Source of the DNA: Podarcis pityusensis
Lineage: Eukaryota
DNA length: 64,000 bases
Direction: 5' to 3' (one strand)
Assembly: GCA_964106645.2 (NCBI GenBank)
Contig: OZ067043.1
In this document: positions 38,810 through 51,273 of the stretch, piece after piece
Layout of the letters: each line of letters opens with the position of its first letter
Position numbering within the stretch: the first letter of the stretch is position 1
Made by a program: the position numbers and the translations under genes
Notes under the pieces: model-generated
Told to the model about the DNA's origin: nothing
Databases searched by the model: none
The model's input: the letters and a program-made list of their open reading frames with translations, nothing else

Positions 38810-39545
38810 CCAGGGTGGTGTAGTGGTTGGAGCATGGGTTGGCAAACTAAGGCCCAGGGGTCGGATCTGGCCCAATTGCCAGACGGTCCGGGCATCGCCA
38901 CGTGGATCTGATTCTGATTGTTTGGGCTGCGCCATTTCCCCCCCTCCCTCTCACACACCGTGGCGGCACCACCTCCCTCTTTCCTCTTGGCTTCTCCCTG
39001 CCCTGTGGAGGAAGGGGGCTGGGCTTTGATTGGTGCCAGCAGCAGCGCGATCGCTCGAGCGGCCACCATTTAACGCAGCCCCTCTCCGGAGCCCTTTCGC
39101 GTATCGCTCACTGTCCTTCCTCTGCCGCCACCAGCCCCTGATGCTCGCAAGACACAGGAGCCACAGTTGGCTGAGCGCCCCTCTTGAGTGGCCCCCATTT
39201 AAAGCAGCCCCTCTCTGGAGCTCTTTTGCGTGTCACTCATCGTCCCGCCACCATTCGGCCCCCCCAGAAGGTCGGAGGGACAGTGGACCGGCCCCCTGCT
39301 GAAAATTTTTGCTGACCCCTGGGAGACCAGAGTTCAAATCCCCACTCAGCCACTGGAGCTCACTAGATGACCTTGGGCCAGGCACAGTTTCTCAGCCTAA
39401 CCTACCTCACAGGCTTGTTGTGAGGATAACATGGGGAGGAAGAGAACCATATATGCCACCTTGAGCTCCTTGAAGAAAAGGTAGGATCTAAATGCAAACA
39501 AACAAACAAACAAACAAACAAACAAACAAACAAACAAACAAACAA
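38810..39545 (+). mobile_element. tRNA SINE split between its A and B boxes by a hAT element; (AAAC)n tail
   Basis: A box gtggtgtagtggtt at ~38815-38828. B box gagttcaaatccc resumes after 39321, then tgaccttgggcca core. Confidence 0.75.
38833..39321. mobile_element. hAT non-autonomous element, long variant of the 11288 family
   Basis: Same left (catggg.tggcaaactaaggccc) and right (gagggacagtggaccggccccctgctgaaa...tgacccctg) ends, with a different GC-rich interior. Confidence 0.8.
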
Positions 39546-41622
39546 CTCAGGATCAGAACCTGTGAGCTACCTGAAGGTTATAGAGAGGATCCATCTCTCT
39601 CTTATCCAAAGCAGCATGTTTGATGCTCTGAGCTAAATGTTCGGAAATGGTTTCTTGATGTAGAGATCTCTGTGAAATGCTTGAAATGAAAACAAAGGAA
39701 TAAAAGAAATCAGAGTTTGGAGGAAGGGTTGTGTTTGTGTGTGCATATTAACAAAAAAACAGGTTTGAATGTGATTAAAAAACCTATTTTTGCTTAAGTC
39801 AAGATCAGACACCAGGTGTGAGTTGAGCATGTTAGCCCTCTACCCCAACATCACACCTGTCACCATTCATGGTTCTTTCTATACTTTTCAATGCATTTCC
39901 CAACCACTTTCCTAACCGCAAAAGTCACCTTCTTTTTAAAAGCAGATTGGTTGTGCTAGGGAGACAGGGGGTTCATCTGTACTGTCAGTTAATGTAGATA
40001 GTGAGCTTCCGGTACCTCCTCCATTAATTCCCCATTGCTCATGTGATGTTCCCCTCCAAATCACAGCCTCCTCACACTTTCCCCTCCTGATTTTCTCACA
40101 CTGGGGATACTCTGAAAAGGAGAGGGTGTGAGAAAATCCAGACTGAGGGTGGGGGGAGGCCATGATTTGGAGGCGAATGTCATCTGGACAATTGAGAATC
40201 AATGGGGGTACAGGAAGCTTGCTATCCACATAAAACAACATTATGGATGAGCCCAAAGTCTTTCGTTCCATTCTAATTGTGCAAGCATAATTTCCCCAGC
40301 ATGCGCTTGAGTCTGGAGGCACTGCAGATACTGCTAACTGTTGAAGGACAGCTTCCAGGCCCCTTCTCTCCTGTCCGATGGCTTTTTATCTTTAAACCAG
40401 ATGTGGACTTCTAGAAGGATCTTCAAAAAGAGGATGTCCTCTGACAAGTCTTACTTACAGAGGATGGTCCACTGCAAAGAAGGATGCATGTCCCCCTAAT
40501 TTTAGAAACCTGATTTTCCAGCACACTTGTTCCTGTGCTCACACATGCACCCAAAATGTTACATGGAAAGAACCCCTGAAGAACCCCTATAGGGACTGAA
40601 AGAGGAAGAGGTGAAGGAAAGAGAGAGAGAAAAATGTGAGCTAGAGGCTGGGTCCCTCTTTTCGGATAGAATACCTGAGGCTGCAGATTTGCTGGTTGGA
40701 ACAGTGCTCTCTTTGCTTTTCTCTACATGTAGATTTGTCAATAAACCAAATCCTACAAAAATGCCAGAGGTTTATTCACAAAGAGAGCCCAACTTTGGCA
40801 CGGCTGCTTCTGGAACTTTTCACCGCCTGGGGAGCCTGCAGCAACACTATTCAGCCTTGTCAACGTTGGAACTCTTCTACCTCTTCCCAATATTAGTTAA
40901 GTCTGTTTCTCACTTGCCAGACAATCACCCTTTATCTTAATGAGACTCTAATAAAGGCTGGGGGTGGGTGGGGAGAGAAATACCCACCAAGTGCAAATCC
41001 ACTAAGCTTCAGATTAAACTACTGCACAATAGTAAACAGGACCTGAGCTACTCATTTACCTGTGTTAACATTACGGAAGTGCCACTGTCCACATTCTTTC
41101 CTCCTGTATCAACAGCCACACAGCTTTTCATCAAGGCTATTCACTTGATGCGGATAGGGGTGGCGGTTTTGTATGCAAAAGGATCTCCAGCAAACAGGTA
41201 TATCCGGACTGCCTCCGAGAGGCCAAGGAGAGATTGAAATGCTGTTGAGACAGATCTGAAAAGTATTCTGTCTGTTTTCCCTGTTGCACAGGTTGTTATC
41301 TGCCCAGGCTTAATGAAAAGTTGCTGAGCCCGGCTTGTCTCACAGGTGAATGACCTCGGATAGCTGCTGAGGGAAGTCTTTTGCTTCTGCCAAAGGAAGA
41401 GACCGTTCCATTCTTGGGAGACATTTTGATATATGTCTTCCCGCTGCTCCGAGTCAGCCAGGGGCAAAGGAAGTAAGTTCAGAGAGAAGAGAGAGCCATA
41501 GTTCAAGGAAAGAACACATAGGACTCAGGTTCAGTTGCCAGGATTTACAGCAAACAGGTTTCAGGAAGGAGGGGAGGCCCCCCAGCTCAGATGCCTTGGT
41601 GAAGAGACACTGCTATATTACT

Positions 41623-41822
41623 GAGTCAGTGTGGTGTAGTGGTTAAGAGCGGTAGACTCGTAATCTGGGGAACCAGGTTCGCGTTTCCGCTCCTCCACAT
41701 GCAGCTGCTGGGTGACCTTGGGCTAGTCACACTTCTCTGAAGTCTCTCAGCCCCACTCACCTCACAGAGTGTTTGTTGTGGGGGAGGAAGGGAAAGGAGA
41801 ATGTTAGCCGCTTTGAGACTCC
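41623..41822 (+). mobile_element. Squam3-like SINE running into an assembly gap
   Basis: Near-identical to 4877-5075. Confidence 0.85.
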
Positions 41823-42034
41823 NNNNNNNNNNNNNNNNNNNNNNNNNNNNNNNNNNNNNNNNNNNNNNNNNNNNNNNNNNNNNNNNNNNNNNNNNNNNNN
41901 NNNNNNNNNNNNNNNNNNNNNNNNNNNNNNNNNNNNNNNNNNNNNNNNNNNNNNNNNNNTAGCCTGAAGCCCTCCATCCAACACGGAGGGGGGGTCCTCA
42001 TTGCTTGCGCATGATGTCACATGTGTGATGTTAC

Positions 42035-42578
42035 TGTTGGGATACTGCCAGGGAGACAAAGTCCATCATGCCCCAACGCCGATGCCGGACGTCAAAGACT
42101 CTTCCGCGGCATCGAAAAGTCTTACTTTTCTGCACATACCTTCACAGTCTCTTTCTCAGTCTTACTCTCCTGTAAGTGCCGTGAATCTGGGCCCATAACC
42201 TGTTGTTGGGATACTGCCAGGGGGACATGTGCCATGAAGCCCCCACGCCGTCTCCAGACGATCCATTGATCTCTCATAGAAACGCAGTATCAGTCAATTA
42301 GCGACAGGAGCCCCAGAAATAGCTTGCCACATTCCAGAGCTCGTGCACGCTCTGTCAGCAGATACGTACAGCAAAAGGTGCACTCAGGAGAGCATATTTA
42401 CAAGTTTATTCAGCGTTGGTCAGAAAAAAGAAAAACATGACTGCCTGTGTTGATGTCTCAGGCACAGAGAGAAAATGAAAGCAGAAACAAACAGAAACTT
42501 CCTGTGAACAGGAAATACGCAGACTCTGTGACTCACAAAGCCTGCTCCCTTTTAAGGTGGAACGGAAATATCCTAACA
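42035..42578 (-). mobile_element. miniature or internally deleted Ty1/Copia-like LTR element
   Basis: TG..CA termini with inverted ends tgttgggata/tatcctaaca and 5-bp TSD gttac. Minus-strand LTR 42578-42201 carries AATAAA (42405-42410), followed by the primer-binding site (PBS) GGTTATGGGCCCAG (42187-42200). Confidence 0.8.
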
Positions 42579-43235
42579 GTTACATGTGTCAGGAGAAGGC
42601 TGTGAGGCCCTCAATATTTTTTTTGAGAGGGGGCTCAGTCCTGTCACCACATATTTGGGGGGTGGGTAGGCTGCGTTGTCCTCAGCTCCATAGAGTTGGT
42701 GCCTATGCCCCCTTCTGTTGCTGGACTACAACTCCCATCAAACCTGATCATTGGCCTTGCCGGCTGAGGCTGATGAGAGCTGGCGTGCAGCAGGCTAAGG
42801 AAGGCTAAGCTATGCAGATGAACAGCATGGCTTTGCAGAAGTCAGGTCCAGCCAGTGCAGTGCAGTTGTGATGGAGATGGAAACTTTGACCTTCCAGGTG
42901 CTGTTGGACTCCAACTTCCATTAACCTCAGTAAGCACAATTAGTCATTAGGGATTATGGGATAATCATAATCATAATAATTTATACCCCGCCCATCTGGC
43001 TGGGTTTCCCCAGCCACTCTGGGCGGCTTCCAACAAAAGATTAAAAAATACATTAAAACATCAGTCATTAAAAACTTCCAAGAGATCTGGACAAGATGTG
43101 GCAGGAATGCTATTCAACAGAACAGGGGCAGTCATATTAAGAACACTGCTCTGAGTTACTGCAGAGCGGGCTTCTGCAATATTTGGAACTTTGGCGAGAA
43201 ACTCTTCCACAGACTGGAGCGATCCACTGGGTATA

Positions 43236-43477
43236 CAGTGGTACCTCAGGTTAAGTACTTAATTCGTTCCGGAGGTCTGTTCTTAACCTGAAACTGTTCT
43301 TAACCTGAAGCACCACTTTAGCTAATGGGGCCTCCTGCTGCTGCTGCGCCGCCGGAGCACAATTTCTGTTCTTATCCTGAAGCAAATTTCTTAACCTGAA
43401 GCACTATTTCTGGGTTAGCGGAGTCTGTAACCTGAAGCGTATGTAACCTGAAGCATATGTAACCTGAGGTACCAATG
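43236..43477. mobile_element. Tc1/mariner MITE (242 bp)
   Basis: TA|CAGTGGTACCTC...GAGGTACCAATG|TA. Confidence 0.9.
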
Positions 43478-44072
43478 TATTAAGGATAAGACAATCTATA
43501 GCTCCTGAATTGTATAGGGCCTTATATGTTAATGTCAACTCCTTGAACTTGGTGCAGTAGCAGATTGGCAGCTTGTGGAAACACCCTAAGCAGGGTGCTA
43601 TATGCTGGGAGTAGTTTGCACCCAAAGGCAACCCACTAGCTGCAGCCTCTGGACCAGCCTCAAAGATAGCCCCACATACAGTTCATTACAGTAATTCAGC
43701 CATAGGACTACCCATGCACGGTCAAGCTATCCTGATCCAGGAATGGCCATAACTGTGTTGCCAACAGAAGTTTCATTTACATTCTTTGTTCAACAGAAAC
43801 TGTCTTTCCTAAGCCAGCCATTTGGGAAATGGATGGCAAAACAGTGGCTTTCTTGGGTTTGTAAATCCACTGCCCCATTTGAGACACACACTGACCTGTG
43901 GCTGGTTTACTGCAGGTTCTTGAGTGCCTCTCCTGTAAACTAATCTACTCAACTTCAGCCCTCTCGCTTTGATTGAATTAAGCATTTAATCCGGTTATCC
44001 ATGGGATCACCGAGAGAAGCATCACACTGCAGCTAAAGCAGGATACAGCTTTTTCAATACCTATGACTCAAT

Positions 44073-44498
44073 GAGAAGTGAGAGCTGGACCATAAAGAAG
44101 GCTGATCGCTGAAGAATTGATGCTTTTGAATTATGGTGCTGGAGGAGACTCTTGAGAGTCCCATGGACTGCAAGAAGATCAAACGCATCCATTCTTAAGG
44201 AAATTAGCCCTGAGTGCTCACTGAAAGGACAGATCGTGAAGCTGAGGCTCCAGTACTTTGGCCACCTGATGAGAAGAGAAGACTCCCTGGAAAAGTCCCT
44301 GATGTTGGGAAAGATGGAAGGCACAAGGAGAAGGGGACGACAGAGGACGAGATGGTTGGACAGTGTTCTTGAAGCTACAAACATGAGTTTGACCAAACTG
44401 TGGGAGGCAGTGGAAGACAGGAGTGCCTGGCGTGCTCTGGTCCGTGGGGTCACAAAGAGTCGGACACGACTAAACGACTAAACAACAACAACAACAAC
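44073..44498 (+). mobile_element. BovB (RTE) LINE 3' fragment
   Basis: Translates to ESWTIKKADR.RIDAFELWCWRRLLRVPWTARRSN..LQYFGHLMRREDSLEKSLMLGK. (CAA)n tail. TSD atgactcaat/atgtctcaat. Confidence 0.9.
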
Positions 44499-45370
44499 AT
44501 GTCTCAATAGCCATAATCCTCTTTTTGTTAGCCAGGATATCTCCACCAGAGATTGTGTGCTTCTAGTCACAGAGCTGGCTGACTCTGCTAATTATGCAGA
44601 ATTCAGCCAATTATTATCTAATAATGCACAGCACCGAAGCAGTCCATGTCTTCTCAGCCCTGCCTGGCGATGCTGTGCCAATGAGCTACAGCATTTGAGA
44701 TAAGATGCCTACGTCTACCTAGTTTGATCAAATAGGTCTTTGTCACTCATTACTTTTTTTAGAACAGGGGTAGAGTGGGGAGCCTGTGGCTGTCTCTACA
44801 ATGTTGGACTGCAGCTGTGATCATCCCGCAGCACTGAGCATACTGGCTGGGGTCAATGGGAGTTGGAACGCAGGGATATCTGGAGGGCCACAGGTTCCCC
44901 AACCCTGTTTCTGAAGTTGCTTCATGGTAACACAGTAAATCTAAATTATGCAAATTTGCAAACATTTTCATACTTGCATAATTTATTCTGATTCAAGGGA
45001 GAGTTCATGAGTTTTGCAGAGCCTTGAAAGGCGTGTGCTCTTTCTACTTGAAATCGTGTTGAGCTCCACTGTGACTCTGGAGAATAGCAAAATAAAATAA
45101 AATAAAATAAAATTTCCCCCCACATTCAAAAGCATACCTTGTAGGGCACTAAGGGCTAGAAACTTGCATTTAAAAAAGACAAATAAACCCAAAGCCTTGG
45201 GCCCTGGCATAAGAAAAACTTTCATCCCCTGCCCACACTACAAATCTGCACAAATGCTAGTGAGCATATTGGTATTGAGCATGGTAGAGTGTAGATATTG
45301 AGTTTGGTATTCTCAGTAGCAGAGCACATTCTTTTCATTCCAAAGTACCTGGGCTCAACCTCTGACATTA

Positions 45371-45703
45371 TAATAATATATAATATTAATAATAATTTAT
45401 TATTTATACCCCGCCCATCTGGCTGAGTTTCCCCAGCCACTCTGGGTGGCTCCCAATCGAGTGTTAAAAACAATGCAGCATTAAATATTAAAAACTTCCC
45501 TAAACAGGACTGCCTTCAGATGTCAGGATAGCTGCTTATTTCCTTCACATCTGAAGGGAGGGCATTCCACAGGGCGGGTGCCACTACCAAGAAGGCCCTC
45601 TGTCTGGTTCCCTGTAACCTCACTTCTCGCAGTGAGGGAACTGCCAGAAGGCCCTTGGCACTGGATCTCAGTGTCCAGGCTGAACGATGGGGATGGAGAC
45701 ACT
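45371..45703 (-). mobile_element. L2 LINE 3' fragment (approximate)
   Basis: Translates to TRQRAFLVVAPALWNALP, with the shared L2 3' end. Confidence 0.8.
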
Positions 45704-46157
45704 CCTTGTTCCCCTCTTCTGTCAAACATCATGCAGTGAGTTTCTTTAATTGTAGACAGTAGAGTGTGCATGCACATGAAAGCTCATACCAATAAGTAAC
45801 TTAATTGGTCTCTAAGGTGCTACTGGAAGGAATTTTTTAATTTAATTTAATTTTGTTTTGTTTTGACTACGGCAGACCAACACGGCTACCTACTTGTAAA
45901 TAGAAAGCTGTTTATCAATTTACCTGTCTCTACTGAGTGCTGGGCAGAGAGCAGAAACCATTGGGGCACAGCTAGATATAAGATAGAATCTGGGTGTGAT
46001 GCGCAGAGAGATGGGGGAATCTCAGTTTTGGGTTCTCTCACTTTCTCTTTTCCCCAATCTTCAGTTATCCACATTTCCACATCAGTGCATGATTTATTTA
46101 TTTTCACAGTGTTCATGCCAATGCACCAGAATTTTAGTGCAAATTTGTTTCGGAACA

Positions 46158-46442
46158 GAATCATAGATTTGGAAGGGACCAGAAGGGTCATCTAGTCCAG
46201 TGTTTCCCAACCTTGGGCCTCCAGCTGTTTTTGAACTACAATTCCCATCATCCCTGACTGGTCTTGCTAGCTAGGGATGGTGGGAGTTGTAGTCCAAAAA
46301 CAGCTGGAGGCCCAAGGTTGGGAAACACTGATCTAGTCCAACCCTCTGCAATGCAGAAATCCTGTCCACAGCTATCCCTGGTTGGGCTTAAACCACCAAT
46401 CTTCTGGTTAACAACCAGACACACTGACCCATCGCACCACCT
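46158..46442 (-). mobile_element. short tRNA SINE with CR1-type tail, interrupted by a MITE (approximate)
   Basis: CR1-like end agaatcatagatttggaagggacc...tctagtccaacc, with a tRNA-like head at right. Related copy at ~53733-53822. Confidence 0.6.
46198..46330. mobile_element. palindromic hAT-Charlie-like MITE
   Basis: Near-perfect fold-back CAGTGTTTCCCAACCTTGGG...CCCAAGGTTGGGAAACACTG. TSD atctagtc. Confidence 0.9.
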
Positions 46443-47345
46443 GAAGGGGAAGAAATGTCTCAGGATATAAGTCAAATTCAGAACAACAGAAGAAAGGAAA
46501 GAGCACATACAACCTCTAGATATGGCCTCTCTGTGTATTTAAATGATGCAAATAGTTCCACCTGTTAAAATGTCAAAGCTGTTACTGGACATGCATAGTA
46601 TCAGTATGGTTTTTCCAGTAGCAGCAAAAGGCTTTTTTTAGAGAGAGAGATGCATGTTTACCAGTCTCTCATATATAGAATAAGCAAACAAACCTCTTTC
46701 ATAAAAGAGGACCTCTCCAACTTCTGTGTTGCTGACACTAGCACTACTCCTAGCAACAAACTATTCTGATCACTACAATACTTGTTTGCACCCAAAGAGG
46801 AGAAAACACGGCGTGTTGTTTATTAAGTGTTACTGTAATGAAAACACGTTGCATGGTTGGGTGAACTTCCATCAAACTTTGTTTAGTAGCAGAAAAGGCG
46901 AACTATTTCCTCAACCTTATGAATACCACCAGAGCCACTCCTTTCGTACAGAGACTAATCTGGAAGCAAAGCTCTAAGATGAATGATGTGTTATTAGTGT
47001 AAATCAGGTAAGTCCATCTTTAAAGGGAACTGAGTCTTAATTTCCCCCCCATCCCTAGATGTGGTTGAGTTGGGTGGGTGTTCCATATTGTGTGTCAGGA
47101 GGGTGTGCCTTGGCAAGGTGAAAAGGGACACAACGTCTCCTGAGACTGATGGATGCCAACTCAGTATAAGACAGCCTCCTATGTTTCTAAATAAAGCCAG
47201 GGCACGGGTATACCTCTAATGACTGTGTGGCCTGTGGAAGACATTTTGGCAGATGCCATGTAGGTGCACCTGTGCTGAAGACACTCTCTTCTAAATAGCA
47301 AAGCAGCCCTGTGCCTTTTTGTATATCATCTCCCAAAGCATTATA

Positions 47346-47587
47346 CATTGGTACCTCGGGTTAAGTACTTAATTCGTTCCGGAGGTCTGTTCTTAACCTG
47401 AAACTGTTCTTAACCTGAAGCACCACTTTAGCTAATGGGGCCTCCTGCTGCTGCCGTGCCGCCGGAGCACGATTTCTGTTCTCATCCTGAAGCAAAGTTC
47501 TTAACCTGAAGCACTATTTCTGGGTTAGCGGAGTCTGTAACCTGAAGCGTATGTAACCTGAAGCGTATGTAACCCCAGGTACCACTG
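47346..47587. mobile_element. Tc1/mariner MITE (242 bp)
   Basis: TA TSD; near-identical to 43236. Confidence 0.9.
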
Positions 47588-48154
47588 TACCAAGTCAGAC
47601 TGTTGGTCCATCTAGCTCTCTATTACTGTGATGCTAGCTCAATAATTGTCCTGGCCAGGGGCAAAAAACAGCAACAAACCAAGCAGTTTCAAGTTCTTTC
47701 GGATCCCAATTAAATGGAGGGCAACAGACCATCAAGAAGCAGAAGGTGCCAACATAGACTTATAATACAAAGCAATGATAGGCAAAGATACAGTTATGAG
47801 GCAAAGCATCCCATTGAATCAGCTGCTGGAGATCCTGGTAGCAGCCAACAGTTCCCCACATAGAGTAGTTAGATGGTGCCAGGCGCTCTCGGAAAGCCCA
47901 TGGCTGAGATCTCGTAAAGCTTCTGGAATTATATACAGTTCTGTGAGGCTTCATGCCAGCTCTCCTCCTTCCACTGTCCTGTGAGTCTGCAAAAGTTCAT
48001 GCTGTCAGCTCTGAGGACGAGCCAAAGTTTGGCAATCTGCCAGTTCATGGCTAGTTCATTTTTATTTTTATACCGGTTTTCCTTGACTGACAGCCAGAGG
48101 ACATAGTTAACCAAAATTCACAGTTTACAAACAGAAATTAACTAAGAAAGCAGG

Positions 48155-48172
48155 AGCGCCCCCTGCTGGCCA
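48155..48172 (-). promoter_or_regulatory. CTCF-binding motif (strong match)
   Basis: Minus strand reads TGGCCAGCAGGGGGCGCT, versus the CTCF core consensus TGGCCASCAGGGGGCGCT. Confidence 0.65.
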
Positions 48173-48452
48173 TTCCCTGGAAATACAATTGTCCACACTG
48201 GCTGGCAGAGAGTCTCTCCCAGGCCTATTTGGAGATGCTGGGGACGGAACCTGAGAACAGATGCTCTAACACTGAGCTGCAACTTTCCCCCAAACAACCC
48301 AGACATTGCCTTCTACAATCTTTGCAGCCCTTGCTTCTCCCACTTGTTCCATTCAACACCCATGAGTCATACCAGCTCTCCATAGCAGATGAGCAAGTGT
48401 GGTAGATACCAGAAGCAGGGAGAGTACCAAGGAGCTATGGCTCCTTTAGAGT

Positions 48453-48453
<1 letters not shown>

Positions 48454-48499
<46 letters not shown>

Positions 48500-49157
48500 T
48501 TATACCCCGCCCATCTGGCTGGGTTTCCCCAGCCACTCTGGGCAGCTCCCAACAAAATATTAAAAACATAATACAGCAATAAACATTAAAAAATTTTCCT
48601 AAACAGGGCTGCCTTCAGATGTCGTTTAAAAGTAAGGTAGTTGCTTATTTCCTTGATATTTGATGGGAGAGCGTTCCACAGGGTCCACTACTGAGAAGGC
48701 CCTCTGCCTGGTTCCCTGTAGCCTCATTTCTTGCAGTGAGGGAACCGCCAGAAGGCCCTCAGTGCTGGACCTCAGTGAACTGATGGGGGTGGAGATGCTC
48801 CTTCAGGTATACAGGATCAGGGCCGTTTAGAGCAGGCATAGGCAAACTCGGCCCTCCAGATGTTTTTGGCCTACAACTCCCATGATCCCTAGCTAACAGG
48901 ACCAGTGGTCAGGGATGATTGGAATTGTAGTCTCAAAACATCTGGAGGGCTGAGTTTGCCTATGCCTGGTTTAGGGCTTTAAAGGTCAGCACCAACACTT
49001 TGAATTGTGCTCGGGAATGTACTGAGAGCCAATGTAGGTTTCTCAGGACTGGTGTTATATGGTATCGGCCACTCCCAGTCACCAGTCTAGCTGCCACATT
49101 CTGGATTAATTGCAGTTTCCAAGTCACCTTCAAAGGTAGCCCCACACAGAGCGCACA
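48454..49157 (-). mobile_element. L2 LINE 3' fragment with (AAT)n tail, interrupted by a MITE
   Basis: Translates to GLPLKVTWKLQLIQNVAARLVTG..HITPVLRNLHWL..QFKVLVLTFKALN. Confidence 0.85.
48833..48968. mobile_element. palindromic hAT-Charlie-like MITE
   Basis: CAGGCATAGGCAAACTC...GAGTTTGCCTATGCCTG. TSD gtttagag/gtttaggg. Confidence 0.9.
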
Positions 49158-49936
49158 TAGCCAAGAGCTGTGTAATAGCCTGCTGATTACAACATCCAGC
49201 ACGCTCTGGCATGCTCCAGCACATGGCTAGATCAATCAAGGCATGCGAAGTCTGTGTTGCATGATGCTCAAGACAGGTGGGTACCACACCCATAAACTAG
49301 GGATGGGTGTACTCTGCACCTCAAAGATGCTGGCAGAACATTCTTGAGCAATTAGAGAGACCTCTGTTCAATGCTCAGGCATGGAGTTCAGGAGGGTTGG
49401 ACATACAATCTACTGTGAATCAGATAGTTTGCAATATCAGATATGTGTAAATAGTTCTCCAGTCAGCACAAGCCATTGGGCTCCAGAAAATCATACTAGT
49501 TTTCTGGTTTGCTGCTTAAGGAGTGGTGATGTCACTGACCTTTGCCTGTAGAATAAGGTGCCACTCCCAACTCTGTGATTTTCTGGCCTGTGAACATGGT
49601 GCTTTTATGAGGGTCACAGGCCCAAAGGACAGGCCCTTGCCCCAAGGTGGGTGCCGCTGAGAAGGAGCCAATCATAACAGAAGAAAAGGGAAAACAAATA
49701 AGAAGAGAGGCAAAACAAATAAAGTAATACAAGCAGATCTAGTGTATGTGCTCTTAGGTGTTGTCGTGAACAAATATGAAGGTGTGAACCAAATGTTTCA
49801 CAGGAATCTGTTGAGGTAATGCATGTGAAGTACTCTGAAAGGATTCTTCACACTCTCTTGCTCTCTTGCACGCCGTTTTTTTTAAAGACAGATTTTGAAA
49901 AGCAGGTCGGCTTCTTTAGCTTAAACACAGAGTAAA

Positions 49937-49953
49937 CGCACCACCTGCTGGTA
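49937..49953 (-). promoter_or_regulatory. CTCF-like motif (moderate match)
   Basis: Minus strand reads TACCAGCAGGTGGTGCG. Confidence 0.35.
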
Positions 49954-51273
49954 AGTTTGAGCTATGAAAATCTGGAGCAAGTCAGCAACTTCGTAACATA
50001 GGGAGTTGGCTGAAGCAACCCCAGTTCCTGTTTTCCTTATCGTGAAGCCATGGCTATCTGAGTACTTTTAAGATGAGCATTTAGCACAACCACACAAACC
50101 ATTGGTTGTGTGAGGGTGGCACGAAGGTTTGCAATCTGTGCTCATGAAACTGGAGACAGCTGATATATTTCCTGGCCAACCTTTTGTGCAGCAACACAAC
50201 AAGCATACATTCAGCAGGTGCACCCCTTGGCTCAGCGCCCTGATCCGGCGCTGAATGCAAGTTTCACAAGGACACCAAGGCAACTCCAGTTGCCTCCTTC
50301 CAGAGGAAACCAAACCTGCATCTCTGGAACTGTTCACTATTCAGAGGAGTAGTGCAGAGTGTTACTTTGGGAAAGGAATAGGAGCTCTTCAATAGACCAG
50401 TTGATGCATGCATTCACCACTAGATAGAGCCAGAAGATGGCTATACAAAACTCATGAAACTCAGAATGTAACATCAATCAATCAGAAAGAGGATGAGGGG
50501 AGGGGAACAGAGTCCAGAAATATCTCAAGTCAGGGAGGCAAGAACAGCAAACTTTTTCCAATGTCCTTAAAAAAAAAAAAGAGCAAAATAACCTCACTTG
50601 AACTCAAGAAATTGCACATTGAAACAAACAGAGTACTTGTACGCCTCCTTCCTTCCATTTAACACTCCAGCTTAAATGGGAATTCTGTTTACTTTAATAC
50701 CACTGAAAGGTCCATGCGCTGAGTCTCAGTCTTCTCCGGGAGCATCTAATAGGTGAAAATGCAATATGTGACAGCAAAGTGTGTTGCCATTCCAGGGCCA
50801 GGAAAATGCAAAGTGCAATGATGTCACATGATTACACTTACTCGAGATTGTGGGCAGAGAAACTGTTTTCAGCAGCCAGCTATGCATCTGTTGTAATATA
50901 CAGTTCTGCCATGAAAACATTCACTACCTTCATCAAAACAATATCCTCAGCTGAACCCAGACAAGGTGGGTCATGTCAGTTTCAAACAATAGGATCAAAT
51001 GTGGGGAGTGGCACTTCAGCTACCCCAGTGCAGCCCAGAAAACTGGGCTTTTTAACATTAAAAATGATGATCTAGTGACATAGGAAGTTGCCTGAGTCAG
51101 ACCCATTGGTCCATATAGCTCAGTATCATACACAGTACTTGACCGGCAGCCGCTCTCCAATGTTTTCAGGCAGGGAGTCCTTTCCACACCTGCCTGGGTA
51201 TGCCAGGGATTCAGGGCCAGCGCAGTCACTGTTCTCCAGGGTGGGAGTGGAGACAGAGAGAATAATAAAAATA

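Noticed and set aside
41141-41506. 121-aa minus-strand ORF in unique sequence
   Set aside because: No recognisable domain, convincing splice pair or partner exons. The length is compatible with chance.
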